Shown here: positions 1 to 10,158 of the stretch, piece by piece
Position numbering within the stretch: the first letter of the stretch is position 1
Layout: every line of letters begins with the position of its first letter
Assembly: GCA_002353815.1 (NCBI GenBank)
Contig: DEKK01000012.1
Location: 117,154 to 181,153, forward strand
DNA: 64,000 bases
Direction of reading: 5' to 3'
Source of the DNA: Bifidobacteriaceae bacterium UBA2724
GTDB lineage: Bacteria > Actinomycetota > Actinomycetes > Actinomycetales > Bifidobacteriaceae
Position numbers and translations under genes: made by a program
Notes under the pieces: model-generated
Database searches by the model: none
Told to the model about the DNA's origin: nothing
The model's input: the letters and a program-made list of their open reading frames with translations, nothing else

Positions 1-2551
1 TGCCGATCACGACGTCGACCTTGCCGCTGGCCAGCCCCTCGGTGGTCTCCGCGATCTCCTTGGCGGTCTGGAACCGGCTCATCTGCTCGACGTCGACGGG
101 GAATCCCTCGTAACGCTGGGTGAAGGTCTCGTAATGCTGCTGCACGAGCAGCGTGGTGGGCGCGAGCACGGCCACCTGTTTGCCATCCTGCACTGCCTTG
201 AACGCCGCACGGACGGCGATCTCGGTCTTGCCGAATCCCACGTCGCCGCAGATGAGACGGTCCATGGGCACGGGCTTCTCCATGTCGGCCTTGACCTCGT
301 CGATGGTGCGCAGCTGGTCGGGCGTCTCCTGATATGGGAAGGCGTCCTCGAGCTCGCGCTGCCACGGCGTGTCGGGGCTGAAGGCGAATCCGGGAGTGGC
401 CTGCCGCGCGGAATACAGGCGGACGAGGTCGTCCGCGATCTCTTTGACGTGCTTGCGGGCGCGTGACTTCGTGGCTTCCCAGTCCGCGCCGCCCAGCTTG
501 TTGAGTTTGGGCTGGTCGGATCCGATGTATTTGCTGATCTGGTCGAGTTGGTCCGCCGGCACGAAAAGCCTATCGGCCGGCGCGCCGCGGTGGCTGGGCG
601 CGTATTCGATGACGATGTATTCGCGCTCGGCCTGCGGGTCGCCGGCCACCTTGCGCTTCTGCATTCCCACGAAACGCCCGATGCCGTGCTGCTCATGCAC
701 CACGAAATCGCCGGGCTTGAGCTCCAGCAGGTCGATGGTCTTGCGGCGGCGCTGTGGGGTGCGCTGCAGGCCGGCGGCGGAATTGCGCCCGGTGATGTCG
801 CGTTCCGTGAGCAGCGCGAGGCCGGCGGGCGGGTCGATGAATCCATCGATGGCGCGGGACTGCACGTAGTCGACGCCGGGCACGAGCGCCTCGTTCATGG
901 CGCGGCGCAGACGCGACAGCGTGCCATGGCTCGGCGCGGTGATGACGACGCGCATACGGGCGTCGACAAGGTCGCGCACACCCGAGACGATGCGGTCTTC
1001 GCGGCCACGGTACTCCTCGCTCGCCTGTGCGCCGAGCGTCACATGGCCCCATGCGGCCACACGGCTGCGCGCATCCGATGCAGCGGCCGCATCCCCTGCG
1101 GCCCCCGCGGCCCTCGCACCATCGGCGTCGGCGGAAGCGGCTTCGGCGGCGCGCTCCGGGACGGCGCGTTCCGCCGGGGCGCCGGCGTCGCCTTCGACAG
1201 GAGCTGAATTCGTGCCGAAATCCGAAAATTCCCAGACGCGCAGCCCTCGCTCGAGAAGGGACCGCACGGTGGTGTCATAGGGATAGAAGCTCGCGGCGTC
1301 GAACGAAATGGGGGCGCCGGCTCCCCTGCCTTCGGCGGCGACATGCCAGCTCGCGGCAAGGAACTCGGCGGAGGTGCGGGACAGGTCGTCGGCGGCGCGG
1401 TTGAGCCGCTCGGGGTCCCATAGCATCGCGACGGAGCCGCCGTCGAACAGGTTCCAGACGGGCCGCAGATCGTCGACCAATGCCGGCAAAAGGGACTCCA
1501 TGCCCTCGACCGGGATGGCGTTCGCGATGGATTCCAGCATGTCGTCGGCATTCGCGATGACGCCGACAAGCGATTTGGCGCGCGTCCGCACATCTTCGGT
1601 GAACTGCAGTTCGCGGCATGGCGTGGCCCAGACGATGGGCACGTCGTCGCCGAAGGTACGTTGGTCGGAGGCATGGAATTCGCGGATCGTGTCGATCTCA
1701 TCGCCGAAGAACTCGATGCGCACCGGGTGCGGCGCCGTGGGCGGAAACACGTCGATGATGCCGCCGCGCACCGCGAAATCGCCGCGGTCCATCACCAGAT
1801 CGACGCGCGTGTAAGCGTTTTCGACCAGCCGGCGCTCGGCCTCGTCGAAGGGAATCTGCTCGCCGGTTTTGAAAACAAGCGGCTCCACATCCTCGATGCC
1901 GCCCACGATCGGCTGGATGAGCGAGCGAATGGGCATGACAAGCAGGCGGATGGGCGAGAACAGCGGGTCGTCAGGGCGCGGATGCGCGAGGCGATGGAAC
2001 ACGGCCATGCGCTGTGCGACGGTGTCGGCGCGAGGCGACAGGCGCTCATGCGGCAGGGTCTCCCATGCGGGAAGCACGGCGATGTCACGCGGCGACCCCG
2101 CGTACCACGAGCGCAGGGAGCCGGCGATTTCCTCGGCGTCGCGGTCGGAGGGCACCACGAGCACCACCGGGCGCCGCGCGGCGACGGCGGCGGCCACCGC
2201 GGGACGCACGCCATGGGGGGCGTCCACGACAAGCGGCTCGTCGTCGGCGGGCCCCTGCGCATCGTCGAGAAGCTCGGCGAAGGCAGTGTCGCCGCCAAGC
2301 AACGGCAGCAGTTCCGACAGCGATCCGTCGCGCGGGGTCCCCGAGGCCACAGGGGCATGGGGCGCGTCGGCGGCGGGCTGCGACGGAGCCGGGTCCTGCG
2401 GCGAAGCGGCGTTTTGCGAGGTTTTCACGGAATGGGATGCGCCGGCAACCTGCGATGCGCTTACGGCCTGCGACGATGACGCCTTCCGCGGCGTGGAGGC
2501 AGGCTTCCCGGGCTTCCCCGATGCTTGGAATCGCGCTGTGTCAGCGGCCAT
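1..2551 (-). CDS. mfd: Transcription-repair coupling factor Mfd (5' part; the gene runs off the left edge of the window)
   Basis: Read manually from ATG 2551: ...LPAWETLPHERLSP..., ...GDFAVRGGIIDVFP..., CarD/RID region GDFVVHEQHGIGRF, helicase motif RLICGDVGFGKTEIAVRAAFKA, ending VDVVIG at the edge. Missing from the ORF track because no stop lies in the window. The start overlaps the pth stop. Confidence 0.95.
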   Translation of the reverse strand, partial: MAADTARFQASGKPGKPASTPRKASSSQAVSASQVAGASHSVKTSQNAASPQDPAPSQPAADAPHAPVASGTPRDGSLSELLPLLGGDTAFAELLDDAQGPADDEPLVVDAPHGVRPAVAAAVAARRPVVLVVPSDRDAEEIAGSLRSWYAGSPRDIAVLPAWETLPHERLSPRADTVAQRMAVFHRLAHPRPDDPLFSPIRLLVMPIRSLIQPIVGGIEDVEPLVFKTGEQIPFDEAERRLVENAYTRVDLVMDRGDFAVRGGIIDVFPPTAPHPVRIEFFGDEIDTIREFHASDQRTFGDDVPIVWATPCRELQFTEDVRTRAKSLVGVIANADDMLESIANAIPVEGMESLLPALVDDLRPVWNLFDGGSVAMLWDPERLNRAADDLSRTSAEFLAASWHVAAEGRGAGAPISFDAASFYPYDTTVRSLLERGLRVWEFSDFGTNSAPVEGDAGAPAERAVPERAAEAASADADGARAAGAAGDAAAASDARSRVAAWGHVTLGAQASEEYRGREDRIVSGVRDLVDARMRVVITAPSHGTLSRLRRAMNEALVPGVDYVQSRAIDGFIDPPAGLALLTERDITGRNSAAGLQRTPQRRRKTIDLLELKPGDFVVHEQHGIGRFVGMQKRKVAGDPQAEREYIVIEYAPSHRGAPADRLFVPADQLDQISKYIGSDQPKLNKLGGADWEATKSRARKHVKEIADDLVRLYSARQATPGFAFSPDTPWQRELEDAFPYQETPDQLRTIDEVKADMEKPVPMDRLICGDVGFGKTEIAVRAAFKAVQDGKQVAVLAPTTLLVQQHYETFTQRYEGFPVDVEQMSRFQTAKEIAETTEGLASGKVDVVIG

Positions 2552-3140
2552 TGAAACGCTCCTGGGCCGTCGCCAGCCCGTCGAAGATGATGGTTTCGGC
2601 GGCATCGGCGCCGTCGGCGAGGAAGTCCTCGAGTTCCTTGCGCTGGGAGCCCGAGAATCCGCCCAGCACCCAGTCGATGGTGTTCTGGTGCGCGTTCGCC
2701 CCGCGCGCCGCATGCCCCACGCCCAGGCGCACGCGCGAATAGGCGTTGGTGCCAAGGGAACGGTCGATGGACTTGATGCCGTTGTGCCCGCCGGCGGAGC
2801 CGCCGGCCTTCACCTTGATGCGGCCGAAATCAAGGTCCATGTCGTCGTGGATCACGACGACATGCTCGGCGGGAATGTCGTAATATGCGCTCACCGACGC
2901 CACTGCATCGCCCGATGCATTCATGAAGGTGAGCGGCTTGATGAGGAAGAACTTGCGGGCGTCGCCGTTGAGACGCATCACGCCTTTGCCCAGCATGGCG
3001 AGCCCTTTGTGATCCGAGAAGCTCACCGACCAGCGCTCCGCAAGCACGTCGGCGCACATGAAGCCCATGTTGTGGCGGGTGCCTTCGTATTTCTTGCCGG
3101 GGTTGCCCAGGCCTGCGATAAGCCAGAAATCAGATGCCAT
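2541..3140 (-). CDS. pth: Peptidyl-tRNA hydrolase
   Basis: LIAGLGNPGKKYEGTRHNMGF, KPLTFMNASG, HDDMDL and GGSAGGHNGIKSI motifs. AAGGA ribosome-binding site before ATG 3140. Confidence 0.97.
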   Translation of the reverse strand: MASDFWLIAGLGNPGKKYEGTRHNMGFMCADVLAERWSVSFSDHKGLAMLGKGVMRLNGDARKFFLIKPLTFMNASGDAVASVSAYYDIPAEHVVVIHDDMDLDFGRIKVKAGGSAGGHNGIKSIDRSLGTNAYSRVRLGVGHAARGANAHQNTIDWVLGGFSGSQRKELEDFLADGADAAETIIFDGLATAQERFNGR

Positions 3141-3804
3141 TGTTGTTGTCCTTATTGTTGTCATTGTCACGGTCGTCATGTGACCCGCCCCGACGGTCCG
3201 CATCCGCGGGGCGCGAAGGCTCGCCGGGTCTCAAATCCTTGTACCAATACACGACGTCGAGCACACGGGAGCCATTGCGGATGGCGGCGGGAAGGACGCC
3301 GAAACGCGTCAGTCCGAAGCTTTCCATGAGGTGCATGGAACCTTCGTTGGCGTCGAAAACGCAACTCACGGCCTTCTCATAGCCCAGGTCGCGCGCCCGG
3401 TGCAACAGCCAGTCGACGAGCATCCTGCCGGCTCCCCTGCCCCGCCAATACGAACCGACATAATAACTCAGCTCCACGATGGAGTCGTAGCCCGCGCGGG
3501 GGCGGTACCTGCTCAACGAACCGAATCCTATGGTCTGTCCGCGGTATCGGACGACCACCACGGGGTATCGGGAACGCGGCGTGTGCCGTTCGAGCCAGTC
3601 GCGGCGCTGCTCCATGCTGCGCTCGTCGAGGTCCGACGTGGACACCCCTTCGCGGATGGCTTCGTTGTATATGCGCGTGATGGCGTGGATGTCGCTGACA
3701 CGGGCGTCGCGGATGGTGAACACGTCCGTGCCATCGCACGACGGGCCGTTCCTCCGCGCCCCGCCATGTGAGACCGGCCGCGGCTGCATGTCGCCTTCCG
3801 TCAT
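3130..3804 (-). CDS. GNAT N-acetyltransferase (phosphinothricin/methionine-sulfoximine acetyltransferase-like, YncA/Pat family)
   Basis: IRDARVSDIHAITRIYNEAI, GFGSLSRYRPRAGY, acetyl-CoA motif WRGRGAGR, NEGSMHLMESFG. GAGGAGG ribosome-binding site. Confidence 0.85.
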   Translation of the reverse strand: MTEGDMQPRPVSHGGARRNGPSCDGTDVFTIRDARVSDIHAITRIYNEAIREGVSTSDLDERSMEQRRDWLERHTPRSRYPVVVVRYRGQTIGFGSLSRYRPRAGYDSIVELSYYVGSYWRGRGAGRMLVDWLLHRARDLGYEKAVSCVFDANEGSMHLMESFGLTRFGVLPAAIRNGSRVLDVVYWYKDLRPGEPSRPADADRRGGSHDDRDNDNNKDNNNGI

Positions 3805-4053
3805 GTGATGCCTCCTCGCCCGTCCCGCATCATGCCTGCGTCACCCCGCGCGTCACCGGGATGGTGGACGCGCCATGAGCCGCTCCATGCCGCCGATGGC
3901 CGGATGACATGGAGCCGCAACGCTGTCAAAGATTCTAGTGTGTTTCTTCGCCACCGAGCCCCGATGGCTCCGCCGCCCCGCCGACGCCGGCCGGTGCAGT
4001 TCACCGAGGGGCGACTGCACCGGCCGGTGGCGATGAGGCGGCGGGATCCTTCC

Positions 4054-7000
4054 CTACTGGCCGGTGTCGGAATCGTCCGAACCCGACGTGGCGGCCGTCG
4101 AACCGCCGTTGCCCTTGGATTCCTCCTCGGTGGCCGTCTCCAGCGCCTTCTTGAGACGGTCCTGCGCCTCGCCGTAGGCGCTCCAGTCACCGTCCTTCAT
4201 GGCCTGTTCCGAATCCTTCATGGCCTGGCTGGCGTCATCCAGGGCCTGCTTCAGGGCGTCGCTTGACGTGCCTGTCGAATCTTTGCCTGACGAACCTGTG
4301 CCTGTCGAATCCGAACCCGTCGAACCTTTGCCTGTCGAATCCGAACCCTTCGAATCCGAACCCGCCTGATCGGCATCACCGGCGTCAGCCCCGGAATCTC
4401 CGCCGAACACCTGGTCGAGCGCCTCGTCCAGCGTGTCGGCGAATCCGACCTGGTCGCCGAAGGCGACGAGCACCTTCTTGAGCAGCGGGTAGCTGGTGGA
4501 GCCATTGGACTTCACGTACACCGGCTGCACGTAAACCAGGCCGCCGCCGATCGGCAGCGTCAGCAGGTTGCCGCGGTCGATGCTCGTGTCGCCTTGCTGG
4601 AGCAGGTTGAGCTCCTTCGAGACGTCGGCGTCGGCGTTGAAGTTGTTCTGCGCCTGGCCCGGGCCCGGCACGTTGGAGTTCTTGGGCAGCTCGAGCAGCC
4701 TCAGCGTGCCGTAGTTCCCGCCTACCACGCCGTCCTCGTTACCGGCGTCGGAATCCACCGATAGGAATCCCGTGAGGATTTCTCGCGTCGACGTGCCGGC
4801 CGGGATATAGGTGCTGGTCAGCGAGAACGTAGGTTCGCTCATGCCTTCGGTCTGCAGCGTCAGGTAGTACGGCGGCTGCAGCACGCCCTGCTGCTTCTCG
4901 GCGTCGGATTCGGTGGGGTCGGTCGGCGTCTGCCAGAAGTCCTCGCCCGAGAAGAACTCGCTGGCATTCGTCACATGGTACTTGGCCAGGAGAGAGCGTT
5001 GCACCTTGAACATGCCCTCTGGATACCGCAGGTGGCTCATGAGGTCGCCGCTGATGTCGCCGATTGGCTTGTACTGGGTGGGGAACACGCCCTCCCACGC
5101 CTGCAGCACGGGGTCGTCGGGGTCCCACGCGTACAGGTCGACGCTGCCGTCGTACGCGTCCACCGTCGCCTTGACGGAATTGCGCATGTAGTTCACGGTC
5201 TGCGACTGCAGGGACTTGACAGTGCTCGATTCCTCGGTCACGGAATCGGTGGTCACGCTCGCCAGGTCGACGTTCTGGCTATACGGGTAGTCGTCGGACG
5301 TGGTGTAGGCGTCGACGATCCACTTGACGCGCCCGTTGACCACCGCGGGATACACGCGTCCGTCGAGAGTGAGGTACGGGGCGACCTTCTTTACGCGCTC
5401 GGACGGGTCGCGGTAATACAGGATCTGCGACGCGGAGTTCACACGTTCCGAGAAGAAGATCTGGTCGGTGCCGAAGCGGATGGAATATATCAGCTTGATG
5501 AACCAGTTCGAGATGGCGGGCCCGCCGTTGCCGGTGAACGTCGTGGTGACGCCCGAGGAGCCGGACGGGTAATCGAACTCCCAGCTTTCCCCGGTATCGG
5601 ACCCGACGATCGAATAGTCGGGCGCGTTCGGCGAGAAGTAGATGCGCGGCTCGTAGCTCTCGGAACCGGTGAGCTCGCCGGTCGTGGGGATGTCCTTCTC
5701 GAAGAAGCGCGGCTGGCCGTCGGACGTGATCTGGTTGCCGTAGGCGGCGACCACGCCGTATCCATGCGTGTACACCGTATGGTCGTTGACCCAGTTGCGG
5801 TTGTCGTTGCCGTCGAGGTTGAGCTCGCGCGCCGCGATGACGGTGTCCTGGCTCTTGCCATCGATGGAGTATTTGTCGACCGACAGCGTGTCGGCGAAGG
5901 TGTAATACTGCTTGGACTGCTGGAGCTGCTTGAACGTCGGCGAAACGACCTGCGGGTCGAGCAGTCGGATCTGGGCGGTCGTCTCGGCGTCGGACGACAG
6001 CGCGCCCGTCGTCGCCTGCGTCGACGCGTCGTAATCGCTCGTCACGACGTTCTCCAGGCCGAAGGCATAGCGCGTGGCATCGATGTTGCGCTGGATGTAG
6101 GTGGATTCGAGCTCCTGCGCGTTGGGGTTGACGCGGAAGCGTGTCATGAGAGCCGGGTACGCGCTCTGCACAAGAAGCGCGACGACGAGGAACGCCGCGA
6201 CGGAGACGACGGGGAGCCTCCATGCCTTGAGCGCCTCGGCCCCCGACATAAAGGTCATGTCGCTGTTGAGCGCAGGGGTGCGCAGCACCCACACGGCGAG
6301 CACGATGCCCAGCACGAATATCAGCGCCGCCATGATGAACTGCGAGGGGATCGTGGCGTGCACGGTGGTGTACGACGCTCCGTCGGTGCGTGACCCGGTG
6401 TCGTTGAAATGGGAAAAGGCGCCGAGCATGGTCTGCGCGGAGAACACGACGCCCAGCAGCACAATCCACACCGCGAGCTGGCGGCGGGCCTTGGCCGTGA
6501 TGTCGACGAAGCCCATGCCCAGGCCCGTCGGCATGGTGAAACGGATGCCGCCGACCATCACATGCATGACCACCGACACGAGGAACCCGCAGACGAACAG
6601 CGCGCCGACGGCCGAGGCGATGAGGCTCAGGCCGGGCAGCACGAACACATAGAAACCGGCGTCGATGCCGAACTGGGGGTCGGGGCGCCCGAAGGACCTG
6701 GCATGGAACAGCAGCAGTATCTCGGACCAATTCGAATAGAACCGCGAGCCGACGGACGCGCCGATGCACAGCGCCACGACGAGCGCGACATGGCGCGCGG
6801 TGGAGGACGACACGCCGTTCTTCAGCTCGATGACGCCGTGTCCCTCCTTGCGGAAATACGTCCCGTCCTCATCACCGGGACGCACGCGGATGGCGCGCCA
6901 CGCCGAGAAAAACGCCACCCCGAAGGCCAGCACGGCATACGCCAGCCACAGGCCCACCTTGATGGCAGCCTGGATCCAGATCACCGACGCATAGCCCAGC

Positions 7001-7230
7001 TGGCCATACCACATGACATCAGTGGTGAAGTCGACGAGGCCGAGGAAAAGAAAGACGACCGCCAGGACGATGAACGGAATCGCCACCGTACGCAGCAGAG
7101 AATGGCCCTCCCGCTTCTTGCCGCCCCTCTTGCCGCGCGTGATTTTCTTCGGCTTCGGCTTCTTGGCGCCGTGTTTCCCGGAGCCGTCGAAGTCGAACAT
7201 ATCGGAATCCCAGAACGTGTTAAAACCCAT
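4054..7230 (-). CDS. UPF0182 family membrane protein
   Basis: N-terminal multi-pass region, DPQFGIDAGFYVFVLP, YIQRNIDATRYAFGL, WVNDHTVYTHGYG, NYMRNSVKATVDAYDGSV, GNLLTLPIGGGLVYVQPVY. Ser/Gly/Thr repeat tail. Confidence 0.93.
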   Translation of the reverse strand: MGFNTFWDSDMFDFDGSGKHGAKKPKPKKITRGKRGGKKREGHSLLRTVAIPFIVLAVVFLFLGLVDFTTDVMWYGQLGYASVIWIQAAIKVGLWLAYAVLAFGVAFFSAWRAIRVRPGDEDGTYFRKEGHGVIELKNGVSSSTARHVALVVALCIGASVGSRFYSNWSEILLLFHARSFGRPDPQFGIDAGFYVFVLPGLSLIASAVGALFVCGFLVSVVMHVMVGGIRFTMPTGLGMGFVDITAKARRQLAVWIVLLGVVFSAQTMLGAFSHFNDTGSRTDGASYTTVHATIPSQFIMAALIFVLGIVLAVWVLRTPALNSDMTFMSGAEALKAWRLPVVSVAAFLVVALLVQSAYPALMTRFRVNPNAQELESTYIQRNIDATRYAFGLENVVTSDYDASTQATTGALSSDAETTAQIRLLDPQVVSPTFKQLQQSKQYYTFADTLSVDKYSIDGKSQDTVIAARELNLDGNDNRNWVNDHTVYTHGYGVVAAYGNQITSDGQPRFFEKDIPTTGELTGSESYEPRIYFSPNAPDYSIVGSDTGESWEFDYPSGSSGVTTTFTGNGGPAISNWFIKLIYSIRFGTDQIFFSERVNSASQILYYRDPSERVKKVAPYLTLDGRVYPAVVNGRVKWIVDAYTTSDDYPYSQNVDLASVTTDSVTEESSTVKSLQSQTVNYMRNSVKATVDAYDGSVDLYAWDPDDPVLQAWEGVFPTQYKPIGDISGDLMSHLRYPEGMFKVQRSLLAKYHVTNASEFFSGEDFWQTPTDPTESDAEKQQGVLQPPYYLTLQTEGMSEPTFSLTSTYIPAGTSTREILTGFLSVDSDAGNEDGVVGGNYGTLRLLELPKNSNVPGPGQAQNNFNADADVSKELNLLQQGDTSIDRGNLLTLPIGGGLVYVQPVYVKSNGSTSYPLLKKVLVAFGDQVGFADTLDEALDQVFGGDSGADAGDADQAGSDSKGSDSTGKGSTGSDSTGTGSSGKDSTGTSSDALKQALDDASQAMKDSEQAMKDGDWSAYGEAQDRLKKALETATEEESKGNGGSTAATSGSDDSDTGQ

Positions 7231-7428
7231 ATGGTCAGCTTACACAACGGACCGTCCGTCGGCCGGGCGAAGCGCATCCTGCCGCGCCCCGCACCTCGCG
7301 GCACCCGCGCGCCGCGCCCCGCACAGAGAAAAACGCGGCCGGGAGCACAAGTGCCCTCGGCCGCATCGTGGATTCACACGGCAGGTTCCGCCACCCGGCG
7401 TCACCCACCATGCATGACTCGGCGTGCA

Positions 7429-8553
7429 TCACACGGCGCCAGCGGAATCGTCGGGGCTCCCGTCGGATCCCTTCCCGGTCTCGCGGCGGTCGATCGGCAG
7501 CTTCGGGAACGGGTGCTGCGGGTGACTCACCGGATGGTTCCGGTCGTGCCCGTGGCTGTAATGCGCGTGCTGCCAGTGGTCGGTCGTCGCGTTCGACCCG
7601 TGGTAGTGGTCGGGGAACTGCCGGTCGGCGCCTCCATAGGGCCTCTCGCCCTCCTGCGCGTCGGCGATCTGGTTCGCATTCGTGGCGTCCATGATGGCGA
7701 TCGGCGCGGTCGGCTCGGTGACCGTGTTGCCGTATGTGCGTCCCTTCATCAGCGCCGGCATGCGCTCGGCCAGGCGCGACAGCAGCCAGTCGAGCACGAA
7801 ATAAATGATCCCGGCCACCACAAGCGTCTGCAGGATGTTGAAATACATGGCGCCCAGGCGTCGCGACTCCTGGAGCAGGTCGGTGTACATGATGATGGAG
7901 CCCAGGGCCGTGTCCTTGAGCACCACGACGAGCTGCGTGATGGTGGCCGGCAGCATGGCGATCAGCGCCTGTGGCACCTCAACGGTCATGAGGGACTGCA
8001 TGGGCGACAGGCCCAGGGCGAGGGCCGCCTCGCGCTGGCCGTGCGGCAGGTTGCCGACGCCGGAGCGCACGAGCTCGGCGATGACGGACCCGTTGTACAG
8101 CACGAGGCCGCCGACGACCGCCCAATAGCTGGGCGATGACAGGCCGGCGAAGGCGAACCAGCGCCAGAAGAACACCATGAGCAGCAGCTCCGGAACGGCG
8201 CGGAAGAACTCCACGATGACGGCTGACACGGCGCGCACGAGCATATTGGGCACAAGGCGACCGATGCCGAACACGATGCCGAAGACGATGGAGCCGACGA
8301 CGGCCACGACAGCCGCCTTGACGGTCATCCACAGGCCGGGCAGGTAGAAGTCGGTCCACGCCTCGCGGTCGAGGGCGGGCTTCCACAGCTCCCAGCTCAG
8401 CTGGTTCTCGCCGTCCGGCGGGTTGTGTAGCCGCAGGATGACGAACACGGCGAGGGCGACGAGCAACAGGCTGGCGACGGCGTTGAACATGCGGATGCGC
8501 CGGCGGCCGCGGGGCCCCGGCTGGTCGAAGAGGACGGAAGTGGACTCGTTCAT
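7429..8553 (-). CDS. gluD: Glutamate ABC transporter permease
   Basis: Polar amino-acid permease motifs (EFFRAVPEL, GQREAALALGLS, VVLKDTALG). Last gene of the gluABCD-like operon. His-rich C-terminal tail. Confidence 0.88.
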   Translation of the reverse strand: MNESTSVLFDQPGPRGRRRIRMFNAVASLLLVALAVFVILRLHNPPDGENQLSWELWKPALDREAWTDFYLPGLWMTVKAAVVAVVGSIVFGIVFGIGRLVPNMLVRAVSAVIVEFFRAVPELLLMVFFWRWFAFAGLSSPSYWAVVGGLVLYNGSVIAELVRSGVGNLPHGQREAALALGLSPMQSLMTVEVPQALIAMLPATITQLVVVLKDTALGSIIMYTDLLQESRRLGAMYFNILQTLVVAGIIYFVLDWLLSRLAERMPALMKGRTYGNTVTEPTAPIAIMDATNANQIADAQEGERPYGGADRQFPDHYHGSNATTDHWQHAHYSHGHDRNHPVSHPQHPFPKLPIDRRETGKGSDGSPDDSAGAV

Positions 8554-9227
8554 CGGCGCACCGCCAATCTATTGGACAGGTATGTGGTCAGCAGGCCGAT
8601 GGGGATGATGAGGATCACGTAGCCCAAGGCGAAGATGAAGAAGATCTGCAGAATCTGGCTGGCGTGGAACTCGATCATGTCGCTCATGACCGACGACGTC
8701 TCCGTCGTGACGGAGGCGGCCGCCGCAACGGTCGAGTTCTTGATGAGGGCGATGAGCGTATTGCCCATCGGTGCCACGGAACCGCGGAACGCCTGCGGCA
8801 GGATGACCTGCGAGGCGGACTGCCAGAACGACAGCCCCAGCGCACGGCACGCCTCCGCCTGCCCCATCGGCACTGTGTTGATGCCGCTTCGCAGCGACTC
8901 GCAGACGAACGACGCCGTGTACAGGGCCAGGCCCGTGACGGCCAGCCAGAAGAAGTTGATGTCGAAATCGTCGGAGAACGACAGCTTGAGCTGTCCGAAC
9001 ATGCCGAGCACCATGAACACCATGATGATCGTCAGCGGCATGTTCTTGAAGAACTCCACGTAGGCGGTGGCGAAGCCGCGCAACGACGAGACCGGGCAGA
9101 TACGCATCATGACGAGGATCACGCCGAGCAGGAGGGAGATGACGGCGCCCCAGAACGTGAGCTGGATGTTGACCCAGAAGGCGCCCGGGATGTCGTATTC
9201 ACGGAACAGATCGAGGAATGCTTCCAT
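8550..9227 (-). CDS. gluC: Glutamate ABC transporter permease
   Basis: EFFKNMPLT, GQAEACRALGL, LIKNSTVA. Start MEAFLD placed at 9227, overlapping the gluB stop. Confidence 0.88.
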   Translation of the reverse strand: MEAFLDLFREYDIPGAFWVNIQLTFWGAVISLLLGVILVMMRICPVSSLRGFATAYVEFFKNMPLTIIMVFMVLGMFGQLKLSFSDDFDINFFWLAVTGLALYTASFVCESLRSGINTVPMGQAEACRALGLSFWQSASQVILPQAFRGSVAPMGNTLIALIKNSTVAAAASVTTETSSVMSDMIEFHASQILQIFFIFALGYVILIIPIGLLTTYLSNRLAVRR

Positions 9228-10084
9228 CAGTCGTCCTCCTCCCCCTCGGTCGGGTCCGGCGGGTTGTACTGCGCGTTCGGCGTGTACCCCGTGCCTGAGG
9301 TGTTGTCCTCGATGGCACGCTGCCACGAACCGTCGTCGATCATGTCGCGGATGGCCTGGTTGATCTGCTTGGCGAACTCGGTGTCGCCCTTCCTGATGCC
9401 CACGCCGTAGCGCTCCTGTGTGAACGGGGCACCGACGAGCTTGAGCTTGCCGCGAGCGTTGGCCGCGAGACCGGCGAGGATGATGTCGTCGGTGGTCACG
9501 GCATCCACGATTCCCGAAAACAGCGCGGTGGCACATTCGGCGTAGCTGGGCTGTTCCATGAGCTGCACCTCGTTGGCGAATTTCTGCTTGACCGTGTTGG
9601 CGGATGTGGAGCCGGTGACCGAGCACAGGCGCTTGCCGTTGAGGTCCTGCGGGCCCGTGATGTCCGTGTTGTCGGAACGCACGAGGAGGTCCTGGCCGGC
9701 CACGAGGTACGGGCCGGCGAAGCTCACGGCCTTCTTGCGCTCGTCGGTGATGGAATAGGAGGCGAGGATCATGTCGACGTCGCCGTTCTGGAGCATGGCC
9801 TCACGCTGCTTGCTCGGCGCTTCCTTCCATACGATTTCGTCGTCGCGGTAGCCCAGCTTGTGGGCGATGTAGCGCGCGACGTCCACGTCGAAGCCCTCGT
9901 ATGTACCGGATTTCTTGTAGCCGACCCCCGGCTGGTCGAATTTGATGCCGATTTTGATGACGTGCCCGTCGGATGACGATGACCCGCACGCACCCATCGA
10001 CAGGGCGCAAGCCATGACCGCAACGAGCGCGACGAGGCGCCGCAGCAGACCGGCACGCCCGCGTCCCGTGGATTGATTGTGCAT
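9227..10084 (-). CDS. gluB: Glutamate ABC transporter substrate-binding lipoprotein
   Basis: Lipobox (MGAC), IGIKFDQPG, ASYSITDERKKAVSFAGPY, CSVTGST, DAVTTDDIIL. Confidence 0.9.
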   Translation of the reverse strand: MHNQSTGRGRAGLLRRLVALVAVMACALSMGACGSSSSDGHVIKIGIKFDQPGVGYKKSGTYEGFDVDVARYIAHKLGYRDDEIVWKEAPSKQREAMLQNGDVDMILASYSITDERKKAVSFAGPYLVAGQDLLVRSDNTDITGPQDLNGKRLCSVTGSTSANTVKQKFANEVQLMEQPSYAECATALFSGIVDAVTTDDIILAGLAANARGKLKLVGAPFTQERYGVGIRKGDTEFAKQINQAIRDMIDDGSWQRAIEDNTSGTGYTPNAQYNPPDPTEGEEDD

Positions 10085-10158
10085 GATGTCCTTCTCTTGT
10101 TCCGCCGTCCCGCACGCACCGCATCATATGCATGGCACCGTGCACACGGAACGTGTTT

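Noticed and set aside
79-2479. Short ORF-track calls over the mfd region suggesting a fragmented gene
   Set aside because: The true Mfd frame is continuous from 2551 to the window edge. It was missed only because its stop codon lies outside the window.
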